DNA of 64,000 nt, from assembly GCA_050633305.1 (NCBI GenBank), contig JBOEGF010000008.1, positions 488,249-552,248 on the forward strand, written 5' to 3'. Shown piece by piece: positions 10,558-20,010 of this stretch. Position 1 is the first letter of the stretch. The number at the start of each line of letters is the position of its first letter. The notes beneath the pieces are model-generated. The model made no database searches. It saw only the letters and a list, made by a program, of their open reading frames with translations, and was not told where the DNA came from. Position numbers and translations under genes: made by a program. Source of the stretch: Nannocystales bacterium (GTDB lineage Bacteria; Myxococcota_A; Polyangia; Nannocystales; Nannocystaceae).

Positions 10558-11748
10558 ATGAGCAGCGAGGACACGCTGGTGGTCCGCCCGTCGCACCCGT
10601 CGGATCACGACGCCGTGGTCGAACTGGTCGCGCACGGGTTCGCGGCCAACCCGGACAACCTTCCGGCGACACTCGCCCTGGCAGGGCACGAGAACTGCCG
10701 TGTGGTGTGCAATGGGCCCGACATCGTCGGCTCGGCACTGCTGCTGCCGATGGGTCAGTACTTCGGCAACCGGCGAGTCTCGATGACAGGGGTCGCAGGC
10801 GTGGTCGTCGCGCCGCACTACCAGCGGCAGGGCTGCGCGACCACGCTGATGAGGAGCATCGTCGAGGAACTCAGCGGGCAAGGCGTCGCGCTGTCCACCC
10901 TGTACGCGTCCGCCCTTCCGCTGTACCGCAAGGCAGGCTACGAGTGTTCCGGCGGACGCTTCGTCGCCCAGATCGACCCCAAGCGTCTGGGCGTCAACGA
11001 GCGCGGCGGGGTGCTGCTTCCGATGGACTCCGCGGGCGAGACGCGGGTCCGAGCGTTGTACGGGGCGCATGCGCCCGCATTTCCGGGTTTCCTCGACCGC
11101 TCGGAGTACATCTGGACCCGGCTGTTCCACCCTTGGGGAGGGCGTACACCGACCTGCGTCCTCGTCAGCCGCGAGGACGGGCAGGTCGAAGGCTACGTGT
11201 CGTACGCCAAGGAACGGGGCACGGGGTTCCAGCATCGCATCGTCGTTCAGGACATGTTCGCGAGCTCAGCTTGGGGCTACCGCCGGCTGTGGTCGTTCCT
11301 CACCGACTTGTGCACGCACGTGGTCTCCGGCCTCGAGTTCCATACCGCCCCGCATGATCCGGCCCGCATGGTCCTTCCCGACGCCCACTTCGGCGTGACG
11401 ATGACCGACGCGTGGATGTTGCGACTCATCGACATCGAAGCGGCGCTGGTCCAGCGCGGCTATCCACCCAAGGTCGACGCCACCCTGGACCTGGATGTCT
11501 ACGACGACATCGTCGACGGCAACAACGGCATGTGGCGACTCACCGTACGCGGGGGTCGCGGCGCGGTCCGCCGGGGAGGCGCAGGCGATCTCCGGACCGA
11601 TGTCCGGGGGTTGGCGGCGCTGTACTCCGGGTTTTCGAACCCCAGCGCGCTCGCGGATGCCGGGCTCATCGAGGGCACCCCCGCAGCGCTCGCCATCGCA
11701 GGCACAGTGTTCGCCGGCTCTCAGCCCTGGATGCGCGAGATGTTCTGA
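10558..11748 (+). CDS. Eis-like GNAT acetyltransferase (tandem GNAT + SCP2-like C-terminus)
   Basis: GVVVAPHYQRQGCAT acetyl-CoA motif, LYRKAGYE, WMLRLIDIEAAL and LAALYSG. Confidence 0.88.
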   Translation: MSSEDTLVVRPSHPSDHDAVVELVAHGFAANPDNLPATLALAGHENCRVVCNGPDIVGSALLLPMGQYFGNRRVSMTGVAGVVVAPHYQRQGCATTLMRSIVEELSGQGVALSTLYASALPLYRKAGYECSGGRFVAQIDPKRLGVNERGGVLLPMDSAGETRVRALYGAHAPAFPGFLDRSEYIWTRLFHPWGGRTPTCVLVSREDGQVEGYVSYAKERGTGFQHRIVVQDMFASSAWGYRRLWSFLTDLCTHVVSGLEFHTAPHDPARMVLPDAHFGVTMTDAWMLRLIDIEAALVQRGYPPKVDATLDLDVYDDIVDGNNGMWRLTVRGGRGAVRRGGAGDLRTDVRGLAALYSGFSNPSALADAGLIEGTPAALAIAGTVFAGSQPWMREMF

Positions 11749-11806
11749 GGAGGCACACGCCGAGCTGCTTGCGGTGAGCCCATCGCTCTGCGATCACAGC
11801 TGCAGC

Positions 11807-14623
11807 ATGAGCTCGAACACCGTGAACGCCCTGGCCGAAGCCGGCCAATCGATCTGGCTCGACTACATCCGGCGCAGCATGACGCGAAGCGGCGAGCTCG
11901 CGACACGCGTGGGCACAGAGGGTCTGCGTGGTGTCACCTCCAACCCGTCGATCTTTCGGGCGTCCATGGGTGGCGGAGACGAGTACGGCGATGCGCTAAC
12001 CAAGCTCTCTCGCGACGGAGACCTCGACACCAAGGCCGTGTACGAGACGCTGGCCATCGAGGACATCCGCGAGGCATGCGACGCAATGCGCCCGGTGTAC
12101 GACGCCACCGAACACATCGACGGGTACGTCAGCTTCGAGGTCTCACCGAGGCTCTCGCGCGACACCGAAGGCACCATCGTCGAAGCCAAGCGGTTGTGGG
12201 GTGCGGTCGACCGCCCCAACCTGATGATCAAGGTTCCCGGAACGGTGGAAGGCATCGTCGCCATCGAGCACCTGATCAGCGAGGGCATCAACGTCAACGT
12301 CACCCTGATCTTCGCTCGCGATGCTTACGAAGACATCGCCCAAGCCTACCTCCGCGGACTCCAGACCCGACTCGCCGCCGGGAAGCCGATCGCCGATGTC
12401 GCGTCGGTCGCGAGCTTCTTCGTCAGCCGAATTGACAGCGAGGTCGACAATCGCCTGGAGGCCGTCGGGAGCGACGAAGCCCTCGCGCTGCGCGGCACCA
12501 TCGCCATCGCCAACGCCAAGGTCGCGTACCGCAGCTTCGAATCGCTGTCCCGCAGCGACGAATGGAGAGCGCTCGCCAACGCCGGTGCCCGCCCGCAGCG
12601 TCTGTTGTGGGCAAGCACCGGCACCAAGAACGCCGCGTACAGCGACGTGCTCTACATCGAGGAACTCGTCGGCCCCCAGACGGTCAACACCGTCCCCCCC
12701 AAGACGCTCGCCGCGTTCTTGGACCACGGCAAGGTCGCCACCACGCTCACAGAGGATGTCGATCAGGCACAGGCCCGACTCGACGCGCTCGAGCGCGTCG
12801 GAGTGTCGCTGACCGATGTCACCGACCTGCTCTTGGACAAGGGACTCGTCGCGTTCGAGGACGCCATGGACGACCTGCTCGCGACCGTAGCCTCGGCGCA
12901 ACGAGGCGTTCGAGGACCCCGTCTCAACCGCACCGACGCAACCCTCTCGCCGGCCCTCGCCTCCGCCGTTTCCCAGGCGGCTGAAGCGTGGACCAAGGCC
13001 GAGAGCACGGACCGCCTGTGGAACAAGGACGCCGCCGTTTGGACCGGGGGAGACGAAGCGAAGTGGCTCGGATGGCTCGACATCATCGAAGCCCAGATTG
13101 CAGACCGCGGTCACCTGGACGCCTTTGCGGCGGATGTTCGGGCCGCGGGGTTCACCGACATCGTCCTGCTGGGCATGGGGGGTTCGAGCCTGTGCCCCGA
13201 CGTGCTTGCCAAGACCTTCGCCGGCCGGGGTGACGGACCCAAGCTGAGCATCGTGGACTCCACGGTGAGCGCCCAGGTTGCGCGCATCGCCGAGCAACTC
13301 GACTTCTCCCGCACCCTGTTCATCGTCGCCTCCAAGTCCGGCTCCACCCTCGAGCCCACGGTCTTGATGGAGTTCTTCATGGGCCGCGCGAGCGAAGCAC
13401 TCGGCGAGACGGCTTCGCAACACTTCGTCGCCATCACCGACCCCGGCTCCAAACTCGAAGCGTTCGCCCGCGAGAAGGCGTTCCGAACGACGCTCTATGG
13501 CCTCCCGGAAATCGGCGGACGGTTCTCTGCGTTCTCCAACTTCGGCATGGTCCCCGCCGCCGGCATGGGCATCGACACCGAGGCATTCCTGGGCGAAGCC
13601 AAGCTCATGCTCGATGCGTGCCGCGAGGCGGATGTCGCAGCCAACCCCGGCGTGAACCTGGGCCTGATCCTCGGTGCCGCCGCCGGGCAAGGTCGCAACA
13701 AACTCACCCTTCTGACCTCGCCAGCCATCTCGAGCTTTGGCGCGTGGCTCGAGCAACTCGTCGCCGAATCCACCGGCAAGCACGGCCAGGCCGTCATCCC
13801 GATCGATGGCGAGACGGCACGCACCCGCGGCAACGGCGAGGACCGCATCTTCGTCTACCTGCGCACCGCCGCAACCGCAGACCCTGCCCAAGACCGAATG
13901 GCGCAGATGTGGCGAGACGCCGGCGAGTCGGTCATCGTGCTCGAGCTCGACGACATCGATGCGCTTCCTCAGGAGCTGTTCCGGTGGCAGATCGCCACGG
14001 CCGTCGCCGGAGCGGTGATGGGCGTCGACCCCTTCGACCAGCCCGACGTCGAGGCCAGCAAGATCGAGAGCCGCAAGCTCACCGCCGCGTACGAAGAGAA
14101 CGGAACGCTGCCCGAGCTCCCGGTCCGCTGGGAAGGTGATGGCGTCCGGATTCACGCGGACGACCGCAACGCTGAAGCGTTGGGCGGTGGGAGCCTCTCC
14201 GACTGGCTGCGCGCGCATCTGGGCCGACTGGAGGCGGGGGACTACTTCGCCCTGCTCGCCTACGTCGACATGAACCCCGTACACGAGGCCGAGCTGTCCG
14301 CCATCCGTAACTCGGTGCGACGCGCGAAGTCGGTCGCGACATGCCTGGGCTTCGGACCCCGGTTCCTGCACTCCACCGGGCAGGCGTACAAGGGCGGCCC
14401 CAACAGCGGGGTCTTCATCCAGATCACCGCGGATTCGGCCAAGGCACTGCCCATTCCGGGCCGGACGGTCGACTTCGGAATCGTCGCGGCGGCGCAGGCA
14501 GCCGGCGACTTCCAGGTGCTGATCGACCGGGAACGCCGGGCCATTCGGGTCCACCTGGGCGCCAACGTGCTCGCGGGCCTGCAACAGCTCCGGCAGGCCG
14601 TCGAAGCCGCCCTCGCGGGCTAG
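11807..14623 (+). CDS. Bifunctional transaldolase/phosphoglucose isomerase
   Basis: N-terminal half has GQSIWLD, GVTSNPSIF, MIKVPGT, NVTLIF and WASTGTK. C-terminal half has GMGGSSL, SKSGST, IGGRFS, EQLVAESTGK, FDQPDVEASK and GPRFLHSTGQ. Confidence 0.95.
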   Translation: MSSNTVNALAEAGQSIWLDYIRRSMTRSGELATRVGTEGLRGVTSNPSIFRASMGGGDEYGDALTKLSRDGDLDTKAVYETLAIEDIREACDAMRPVYDATEHIDGYVSFEVSPRLSRDTEGTIVEAKRLWGAVDRPNLMIKVPGTVEGIVAIEHLISEGINVNVTLIFARDAYEDIAQAYLRGLQTRLAAGKPIADVASVASFFVSRIDSEVDNRLEAVGSDEALALRGTIAIANAKVAYRSFESLSRSDEWRALANAGARPQRLLWASTGTKNAAYSDVLYIEELVGPQTVNTVPPKTLAAFLDHGKVATTLTEDVDQAQARLDALERVGVSLTDVTDLLLDKGLVAFEDAMDDLLATVASAQRGVRGPRLNRTDATLSPALASAVSQAAEAWTKAESTDRLWNKDAAVWTGGDEAKWLGWLDIIEAQIADRGHLDAFAADVRAAGFTDIVLLGMGGSSLCPDVLAKTFAGRGDGPKLSIVDSTVSAQVARIAEQLDFSRTLFIVASKSGSTLEPTVLMEFFMGRASEALGETASQHFVAITDPGSKLEAFAREKAFRTTLYGLPEIGGRFSAFSNFGMVPAAGMGIDTEAFLGEAKLMLDACREADVAANPGVNLGLILGAAAGQGRNKLTLLTSPAISSFGAWLEQLVAESTGKHGQAVIPIDGETARTRGNGEDRIFVYLRTAATADPAQDRMAQMWRDAGESVIVLELDDIDALPQELFRWQIATAVAGAVMGVDPFDQPDVEASKIESRKLTAAYEENGTLPELPVRWEGDGVRIHADDRNAEALGGGSLSDWLRAHLGRLEAGDYFALLAYVDMNPVHEAELSAIRNSVRRAKSVATCLGFGPRFLHSTGQAYKGGPNSGVFIQITADSAKALPIPGRTVDFGIVAAAQAAGDFQVLIDRERRAIRVHLGANVLAGLQQLRQAVEAALAG

Positions 14624-14760
14624 AGCGTCGATCGGTTTGGAACGGCCCACAGGGCGGGAGGCCGAAGGCGGACTGGAGGTCCGTCGAGCGCCGAGCAACG
14701 CAGCCAAGGTGAGGCAGAGGCGCGCGTTGTAGGCCGAATTCAAACCGGTGGGCGGTCTAG
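14620..14760. repeat. Palindromic MITE/REP-like intergenic element
   Basis: CTAG at both ends. Imperfect ~33-bp terminal inverted repeats: ctagagcgtcgatcggtttggaacggcccaca versus the reverse complement of the right end, ctagaccgcccaccggtttgaattcggcctaca. The left end includes the tal-pgi stop codon. Confidence 0.6.
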
Positions 14761-14984
14761 CGGCCGAAAGACGCCCCAAGGGGCGTGACGATATCGACCT
14801 GAGATCACAGTTTCGGGTCGCAGAGGTGTCCTCAAACCCCCCGCGTGCGTTTTGCTCCGGCGGGTTTTACACACCCTCAGGCCATCGGTGCTACACATGC
14901 CACAGCGTCGAAGGGCCCCTTGGGGACGGCCCCGGCTGCTTCCGCCCCCGGAAGCGCCGCGAACGGCCCGGCGCAGGAGATTCG

Positions 14985-15971
14985 ATGAAGGTACTCGCAG
15001 GAGACGTTGGTGGCACGAATACTCGATTGGCCCTGTGTGAGGTCAACGAGGGCAAGGTGCTGCGGCTCGTCCACAACATCGAGCCAAGCGCCTCGCACGG
15101 CTCACTCAGAGAGATCATTCAAGCTTTTGCCTCCGCGCACGGCGCCGACGACGTCCGGGCCGTGTGCATCGGGCTGCCCGGGCCCGTACGCGGCCGGCGG
15201 GTTCAGCTCACCAACCTGCCATGGGTCGTCGATGCCGACGAGCTCGAGCGGGACCTCGGGCTGCCGTCCATCACGCTCCTCAACGACCTCGAAGCCAATG
15301 CGCATGGTCTGAGCACCCTGGCGGACGCGGACTTCATGGTCCTCCGCGAAGGAGCTCCCGAACGAGGCGGCAACGCCGGACTCGTGTCCGCGGGAACGGG
15401 GCTCGGCGAGGCCGGCCTCCACTTCGTCCGCGGTCAGCTCTATCCCTTCCCGACCGAGGGGGGGCACGCCGACTTCGCCCCGAGCAACGAGCTGGAGTGG
15501 AACCTGCTTCAGTATTTGCAGCGTAGTCACGAGCACGTCAGCTGGGAGCGGGTCGTCTCCGGGCCGGGGTTGGCCACGGTCTACGAGTTCTTGCTCGATC
15601 GCGCCGGGGCCAGCGCCCCGCAGTGGTGGCAAGAAGCCCAGTCGACCAAGGAGCCCGCCGGGGCGATCGCCCTCAATGCCGAAGACGGCGACGAGCATTG
15701 CAATGCCGCCGTGGACCTGTTCCTCGGTCTATACGGCGCCGAGGCCGGTAACTTCGCCCTCAAGGTCTTCGCGACGGGGGGCATCTATCTCGGCGGCGGC
15801 ATCGCCCCCAAGCTGGCCAAGCGCATGAAAAGCTCCGCGTTTCTCGAGCGATTCGACGCCAAGGGACGCATGCGCCGCCTGGTCGAGCAGATCCCGATCA
15901 AGGTCGTGCTCAACGACTCCGCGGCCCTGCAAGGCGCTGCGCTCTTCGGTGCCCGGCACGCCGAACCCTGA
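14985..15971 (+). CDS. glk: Glucokinase
   Basis: Motifs LAGDVGGTNTRL, LLNDLEA, SAGTGLGEA, TEGGHADF, SWERVVSGPGL and GGIYLGGGIAP. AGGAG RBS precedes ATG 14985. Confidence 0.95.
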   Translation: MKVLAGDVGGTNTRLALCEVNEGKVLRLVHNIEPSASHGSLREIIQAFASAHGADDVRAVCIGLPGPVRGRRVQLTNLPWVVDADELERDLGLPSITLLNDLEANAHGLSTLADADFMVLREGAPERGGNAGLVSAGTGLGEAGLHFVRGQLYPFPTEGGHADFAPSNELEWNLLQYLQRSHEHVSWERVVSGPGLATVYEFLLDRAGASAPQWWQEAQSTKEPAGAIALNAEDGDEHCNAAVDLFLGLYGAEAGNFALKVFATGGIYLGGGIAPKLAKRMKSSAFLERFDAKGRMRRLVEQIPIKVVLNDSAALQGAALFGARHAEP

Positions 15972-16100
15972 GCGGTGGGCTGAGCGCCGTCCTCGTGCGG
16001 GCTCCTCCCTCCTTCCTCCTCCCGTGGATCCGCGTGTGGGCTGAGCCACGCTTGGCGCGTAGGTCCAACCCAAACCGCAGGCCACGGGATAGAACAGGGC

Positions 16101-17492
16101 ATGTTCATCGCATGGCTCCCGCTCGCCCTGATGGCTGCGTCCGCGCCGGCGCATGAATCGGCCGTGCAGCGACACCACCGCAAGGGGGTGCATTGCATGG
16201 ACGTCATCGAACGCTCCAAGTGCGCCATCGAGCAGTTCGAGGCGGTCTTGGATGAAGACACCCGAGAACGCGAGCTGGTCACCGATGCGATGGTCCGGTT
16301 GCTCCGGCTCTACCGCAAAGCCGGCGACTCCGAGGGATTGAGCAACGTCCTGCGTCGCTATTGGGACGTCGGCACCGCGCGGCAGTCTCGTGGGCACTTG
16401 CCCTACGGCATGCGGTTCTTCTCGCCGGAACTCGACGTGATGTTCGTGGCCGACATCTCGAAGATTCGAGACGCTCGCCTCTTGCGAGAAGCCGGTGCCC
16501 AAACCGCCGAATTCATCTTCACGTGTGACGACCAGACCCGCACCGACATCGGCATGACCGAGCGATGGCGACGGGCCGAGCGCATCGCGTTGGCGCGCGG
16601 CGTCGAAACGTACGAGGTCTACTACGAGGCGATGGACGCACGCCGAGCCCGCCGCGAAAAAGCGAAGGCCCGGCAGAAAGAGTGGGACGAGTCGAAGCGT
16701 GGCAAGGCGGAGGCCGCGAAACAGCCCGACAAAGACGAGGAAGAGGAGTCGAAGGCACCTATCTTCAGCGAGATGCAGTGCGAGCTCGCGAAACGGCTCG
16801 GGCAAGACACGCTCCTCGGCTGGAACCGGATCTCGGGAGCCGCAAGCCACCAAAACTACCGGCGCTCGATGATGCTGGTGGAGATCCCCGGCTCTGCGCC
16901 GCTGCTCAACAAAGCCGTGGCCCGTGGCGACCTCCTCGCCGTCGACGAGCGTCACTGGACACTCCCCGACTCGGAGTTTGCCGGGCAAAGCGTCCATGTG
17001 GTCCGAGTCGATCGCGACCAGCTCCTGATCGCGCGCGAGGACATGCTGGCCCCGGTCCTCGAAGCCGCGAGCAAACGGAAACGTCGCATGAACAAGGAGC
17101 TGGAGCGACTGGCCCAACAGGTCCCCCGAGACAGCGCCATGGTCTTTGCGATGACGCAGGCCGCCATTGTGGGAACCGGGTTCGGCGGCATGAAACAGGG
17201 CGCCTCCACCATGCTGCAAGCCCTGCTGCCCAAGCCCAAGGGCCTGCAGGTCTCGGTCAGCACCGCCGACGTCGCAGGCGTCTTCACCCGCGTCCCCACC
17301 AAGAATCCCCTCAAGGGACGGATGCTGGTCAACCTCGTGCAGACGGTCCTCGAGGGTCAGGCGCAGGAGGATCCGGAGGCGGCACAATGGGTGGAGAATC
17401 TGGATATTGCGGAGGCTGGCGACCGCAGGGCCCTGCTTGCGGCCTACCTCATCGACAGCGAGCAGATGGCCAAGATGCTCTGGGACGGCTGA
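16101..17492 (+). CDS. Hypothetical secreted protein
   Basis: Signal-peptide-like N-terminus, coding-like codon bias and a charged helical middle segment. No family recognised. Confidence 0.75.
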   Translation: MFIAWLPLALMAASAPAHESAVQRHHRKGVHCMDVIERSKCAIEQFEAVLDEDTRERELVTDAMVRLLRLYRKAGDSEGLSNVLRRYWDVGTARQSRGHLPYGMRFFSPELDVMFVADISKIRDARLLREAGAQTAEFIFTCDDQTRTDIGMTERWRRAERIALARGVETYEVYYEAMDARRARREKAKARQKEWDESKRGKAEAAKQPDKDEEEESKAPIFSEMQCELAKRLGQDTLLGWNRISGAASHQNYRRSMMLVEIPGSAPLLNKAVARGDLLAVDERHWTLPDSEFAGQSVHVVRVDRDQLLIAREDMLAPVLEAASKRKRRMNKELERLAQQVPRDSAMVFAMTQAAIVGTGFGGMKQGASTMLQALLPKPKGLQVSVSTADVAGVFTRVPTKNPLKGRMLVNLVQTVLEGQAQEDPEAAQWVENLDIAEAGDRRALLAAYLIDSEQMAKMLWDG

Positions 17493-17707
17493 AATGGAAG
17501 ATCACCGAACGGCCCGAGCCACGCAACGTCGGTGCTCGTAGCAGGGTGGCGCCCTGCGAAAATATTTCGCCCCCGAATTGCCGCTGAAACGCGGAGGAAC
17601 GCGGTGTACGAGAGGTTTTGACAGCCCCCGCCCCGGACTGCAGACGGTCACAGAGAGGTCATGCCGGCTTCGCCAACAGGCTGCTATGCTCTGCGCCGCT
17701 CGCTGCC

Positions 17708-19543
17708 ATGTCGTTGGATATTCGAACCCTCGCCGACCTCCTCCACGCCCGCGCTGAAGCGAGCCCCAACGACATTGCGATCCGCACCAAGGAAGGGTCC
17801 AGCTGGGTCACGCGATCCTGGGGCGAGCTCCGAGACCGCGCAGACATCATCGCCGCCGGCATCCTCACGGCGACCGAGCTCGGGGACAACGACGTCATTG
17901 GCCTTCTGGGTCAGACCAGCGAAGACTGGCTCGCCTGCGATTTCGCGGGGCTGAGCGTCGGTCTGCAGACGGTCCCGGTCTATGCCTCGCTGCATTCCGA
18001 AGAGGTCGGCTACGCCCACGTCGACACGGGTATCAAGCTCGTCATCATCGACGACAAGGCGCAGCTCGAGAAGATTCGTGAGATGCGGAAGGGCTTCACG
18101 TTCTTCGAGAAGGAGTACGCCCCCGACACGCTTTCGCTGAAGCACGTGGTCGTGATCGACCCCACCGGCATCGACGCCGCAGACGACTGGGAGTCACTCG
18201 CCGACCTCGAGGCACGCGGGAAGAAGGAACTCGACGCGCAGCGCGACGAGATGCTCCGGCGCCGCAAAGAAGCCAAGCCCGACCAAACCGCCACGTACAC
18301 ATACACCTCGGGCACCACCGGCCCTCCCAAGGCGGTCATCCAGACCCACGAGAACCACCTCGCCATGGCCCGAGCCGTCTCCGACGCAGGGGTGCTGACC
18401 GATGGCATCCGCGAGGGCGGCTTGTTCCTGTTCCTGCCACTGGCGCACTCGTTCGGACGTCTGATCCAGTTCGCGGCGCCCTTCCGCAACCTTCACCTCA
18501 TCATCAGCTCGGTCCCCACGCTCGGCGAAGACCTGGGCGCGACACGACCAGGGTTCTTCCCCGGGGCACCGCGGGTGTTCGAGAAGATGAAGGCAAAGAT
18601 CGAGACTGCGGTCGCTGGCGCACCTCCGGTCCGACAGAAGCTCTTCGCGTGGGCCTTGGACACCGGCAAAGAGACCGTGCCGTATCGCTGCAAGGGGGAA
18701 CCGGTCCCGTTCTTCCTCGGTTTGCGCAACAGCGTGGCCGACAAGCTCGTGTTGTCCAAGCTCCGGGCCAAGCTCGGCTTCGACCGCGCCTTCGCCCTGC
18801 TCTCGGGGTCTGCCCCCCTCGACCCCGACGTCCACACCTTCTTCCTCGCCATGGGGCTCAACCTGCTCGAGGCCTACGGACTGACCGAGACCTGCCCGGG
18901 ACTCACCGCCAACCAGCCTGGCAAGATCAAGATCGGCACTGTCGGGCCCGCGCTTCCCGGCGTGGAGATCAAGATCGCCGAAGACGGGGAGATTCTGGCC
19001 AAGGGCGCCAACATCACCCAGGGTTACCTCAACCGCCCCGAAGCCACCGAAGCCTCGTTCCGCGACGGATGGTTCTGCACCGGTGACCTCGGCGCCCAAG
19101 ACTCCGAAGGCTTCGTGAAGATCACGGGGCGCAAGAAAGAGCTGATCAAGACCTCGGGCGGCAAGTACGTCGCGCCCGCGAAGATCGAGGGGCAGCTCAA
19201 AGGACTCCCGATCGTGCAGGAAGCCGTGGTCGTCGGGGACCGTCGCAACTACTGCGTGTGCCTGATCTCGGTGGACCCCGAGGAGCTCGGCGAGTGGGCT
19301 CAACAAAAAGGCATCGAGGCCAAGAACGATCACCCCGACGTGAAGAAGGCCATCGAGGCGCATGTCGCCAAGGTCAACGGCGGGCTTGCGAGCTTCGAGA
19401 GCATCAAGTACTGGCGCATCACGCCCGAGCCGCTCACCGTCGACAACGGGCTGCTCACCGCGTCCCTCAAGGTGAAGCGCGGCGTCGTCGAGGACCGCTA
19501 CTCGACGATCATCGACGACATGTACTCGGCGGGAAAGAAGTAG
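17708..19543 (+). CDS. Long-chain fatty acid-CoA ligase (AMP-binding)
   Basis: Motifs YTSGTTGPPK, LPLAHSF, EAYGLTET, TGDLG and ITGRKKELIKTSGGKYVAP. Confidence 0.95.
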   Translation: MSLDIRTLADLLHARAEASPNDIAIRTKEGSSWVTRSWGELRDRADIIAAGILTATELGDNDVIGLLGQTSEDWLACDFAGLSVGLQTVPVYASLHSEEVGYAHVDTGIKLVIIDDKAQLEKIREMRKGFTFFEKEYAPDTLSLKHVVVIDPTGIDAADDWESLADLEARGKKELDAQRDEMLRRRKEAKPDQTATYTYTSGTTGPPKAVIQTHENHLAMARAVSDAGVLTDGIREGGLFLFLPLAHSFGRLIQFAAPFRNLHLIISSVPTLGEDLGATRPGFFPGAPRVFEKMKAKIETAVAGAPPVRQKLFAWALDTGKETVPYRCKGEPVPFFLGLRNSVADKLVLSKLRAKLGFDRAFALLSGSAPLDPDVHTFFLAMGLNLLEAYGLTETCPGLTANQPGKIKIGTVGPALPGVEIKIAEDGEILAKGANITQGYLNRPEATEASFRDGWFCTGDLGAQDSEGFVKITGRKKELIKTSGGKYVAPAKIEGQLKGLPIVQEAVVVGDRRNYCVCLISVDPEELGEWAQQKGIEAKNDHPDVKKAIEAHVAKVNGGLASFESIKYWRITPEPLTVDNGLLTASLKVKRGVVEDRYSTIIDDMYSAGKK

Positions 19544-19545
19544 CC

Positions 19546-19953
19546 CTACAGCTCCACCGAGCCGGCGTCCTCCGTGAGCTGTTCGAGCAGAGACTCGGGC
19601 AGCTCGCGGTCGTCCATCCAGGCAAGACCGACAACCGCGACCGCCCCCTCGCGCTCCACGGGCAGGGCCACCGCGGCCTGAGCCTGGACCGCTTTGGCCC
19701 CGGGGCGAACGTCTCCGGTGCTGTCCGTCTGCAGGTTGCACGTCGAGACCGCCTGACCGCGCTCGAGCGCGAGACCAGCCATGCCTTTGCCACGGGGGAC
19801 ACGGGCCGTGATCTCCTGAACCTTGGGCGGGATACCCACCGCCGCGCGTAGCGCCAGGGTGTCGCGATCGCCTGGCAACGTGACATGCACCGTGCCCGCA
19901 ACCGCCTCGTGACGCAGGAGAAAGGCCTTCAACCAAGCTTCCGTTGCGCTCAT
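19546..19953 (-). CDS. Stand-alone GAF-domain protein
   Basis: GAF-like pattern LALRAAVGIP...VPRGKGMAGLALER...AVALPV...VVGLAW. Confidence 0.75.
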   Translation of the reverse strand: MSATEAWLKAFLLRHEAVAGTVHVTLPGDRDTLALRAAVGIPPKVQEITARVPRGKGMAGLALERGQAVSTCNLQTDSTGDVRPGAKAVQAQAAVALPVEREGAVAVVGLAWMDDRELPESLLEQLTEDAGSVEL

Positions 19954-20010
19954 CACCGCGACGATAGCAGCCAAGAGGCCGCGCAACCGCCGTTGCGCTA
20001 TCCTCCGCCG

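Noticed and set aside
12143..14779. 878-aa minus-strand ORF, and similar long ORFs such as 18194-20023, 27050-28426, 28469-29902 and 35884-37959
   Set aside because: They overlap well-supported genes in antisense or another frame. Such ORFs are expected in high-GC DNA with few off-frame stops.
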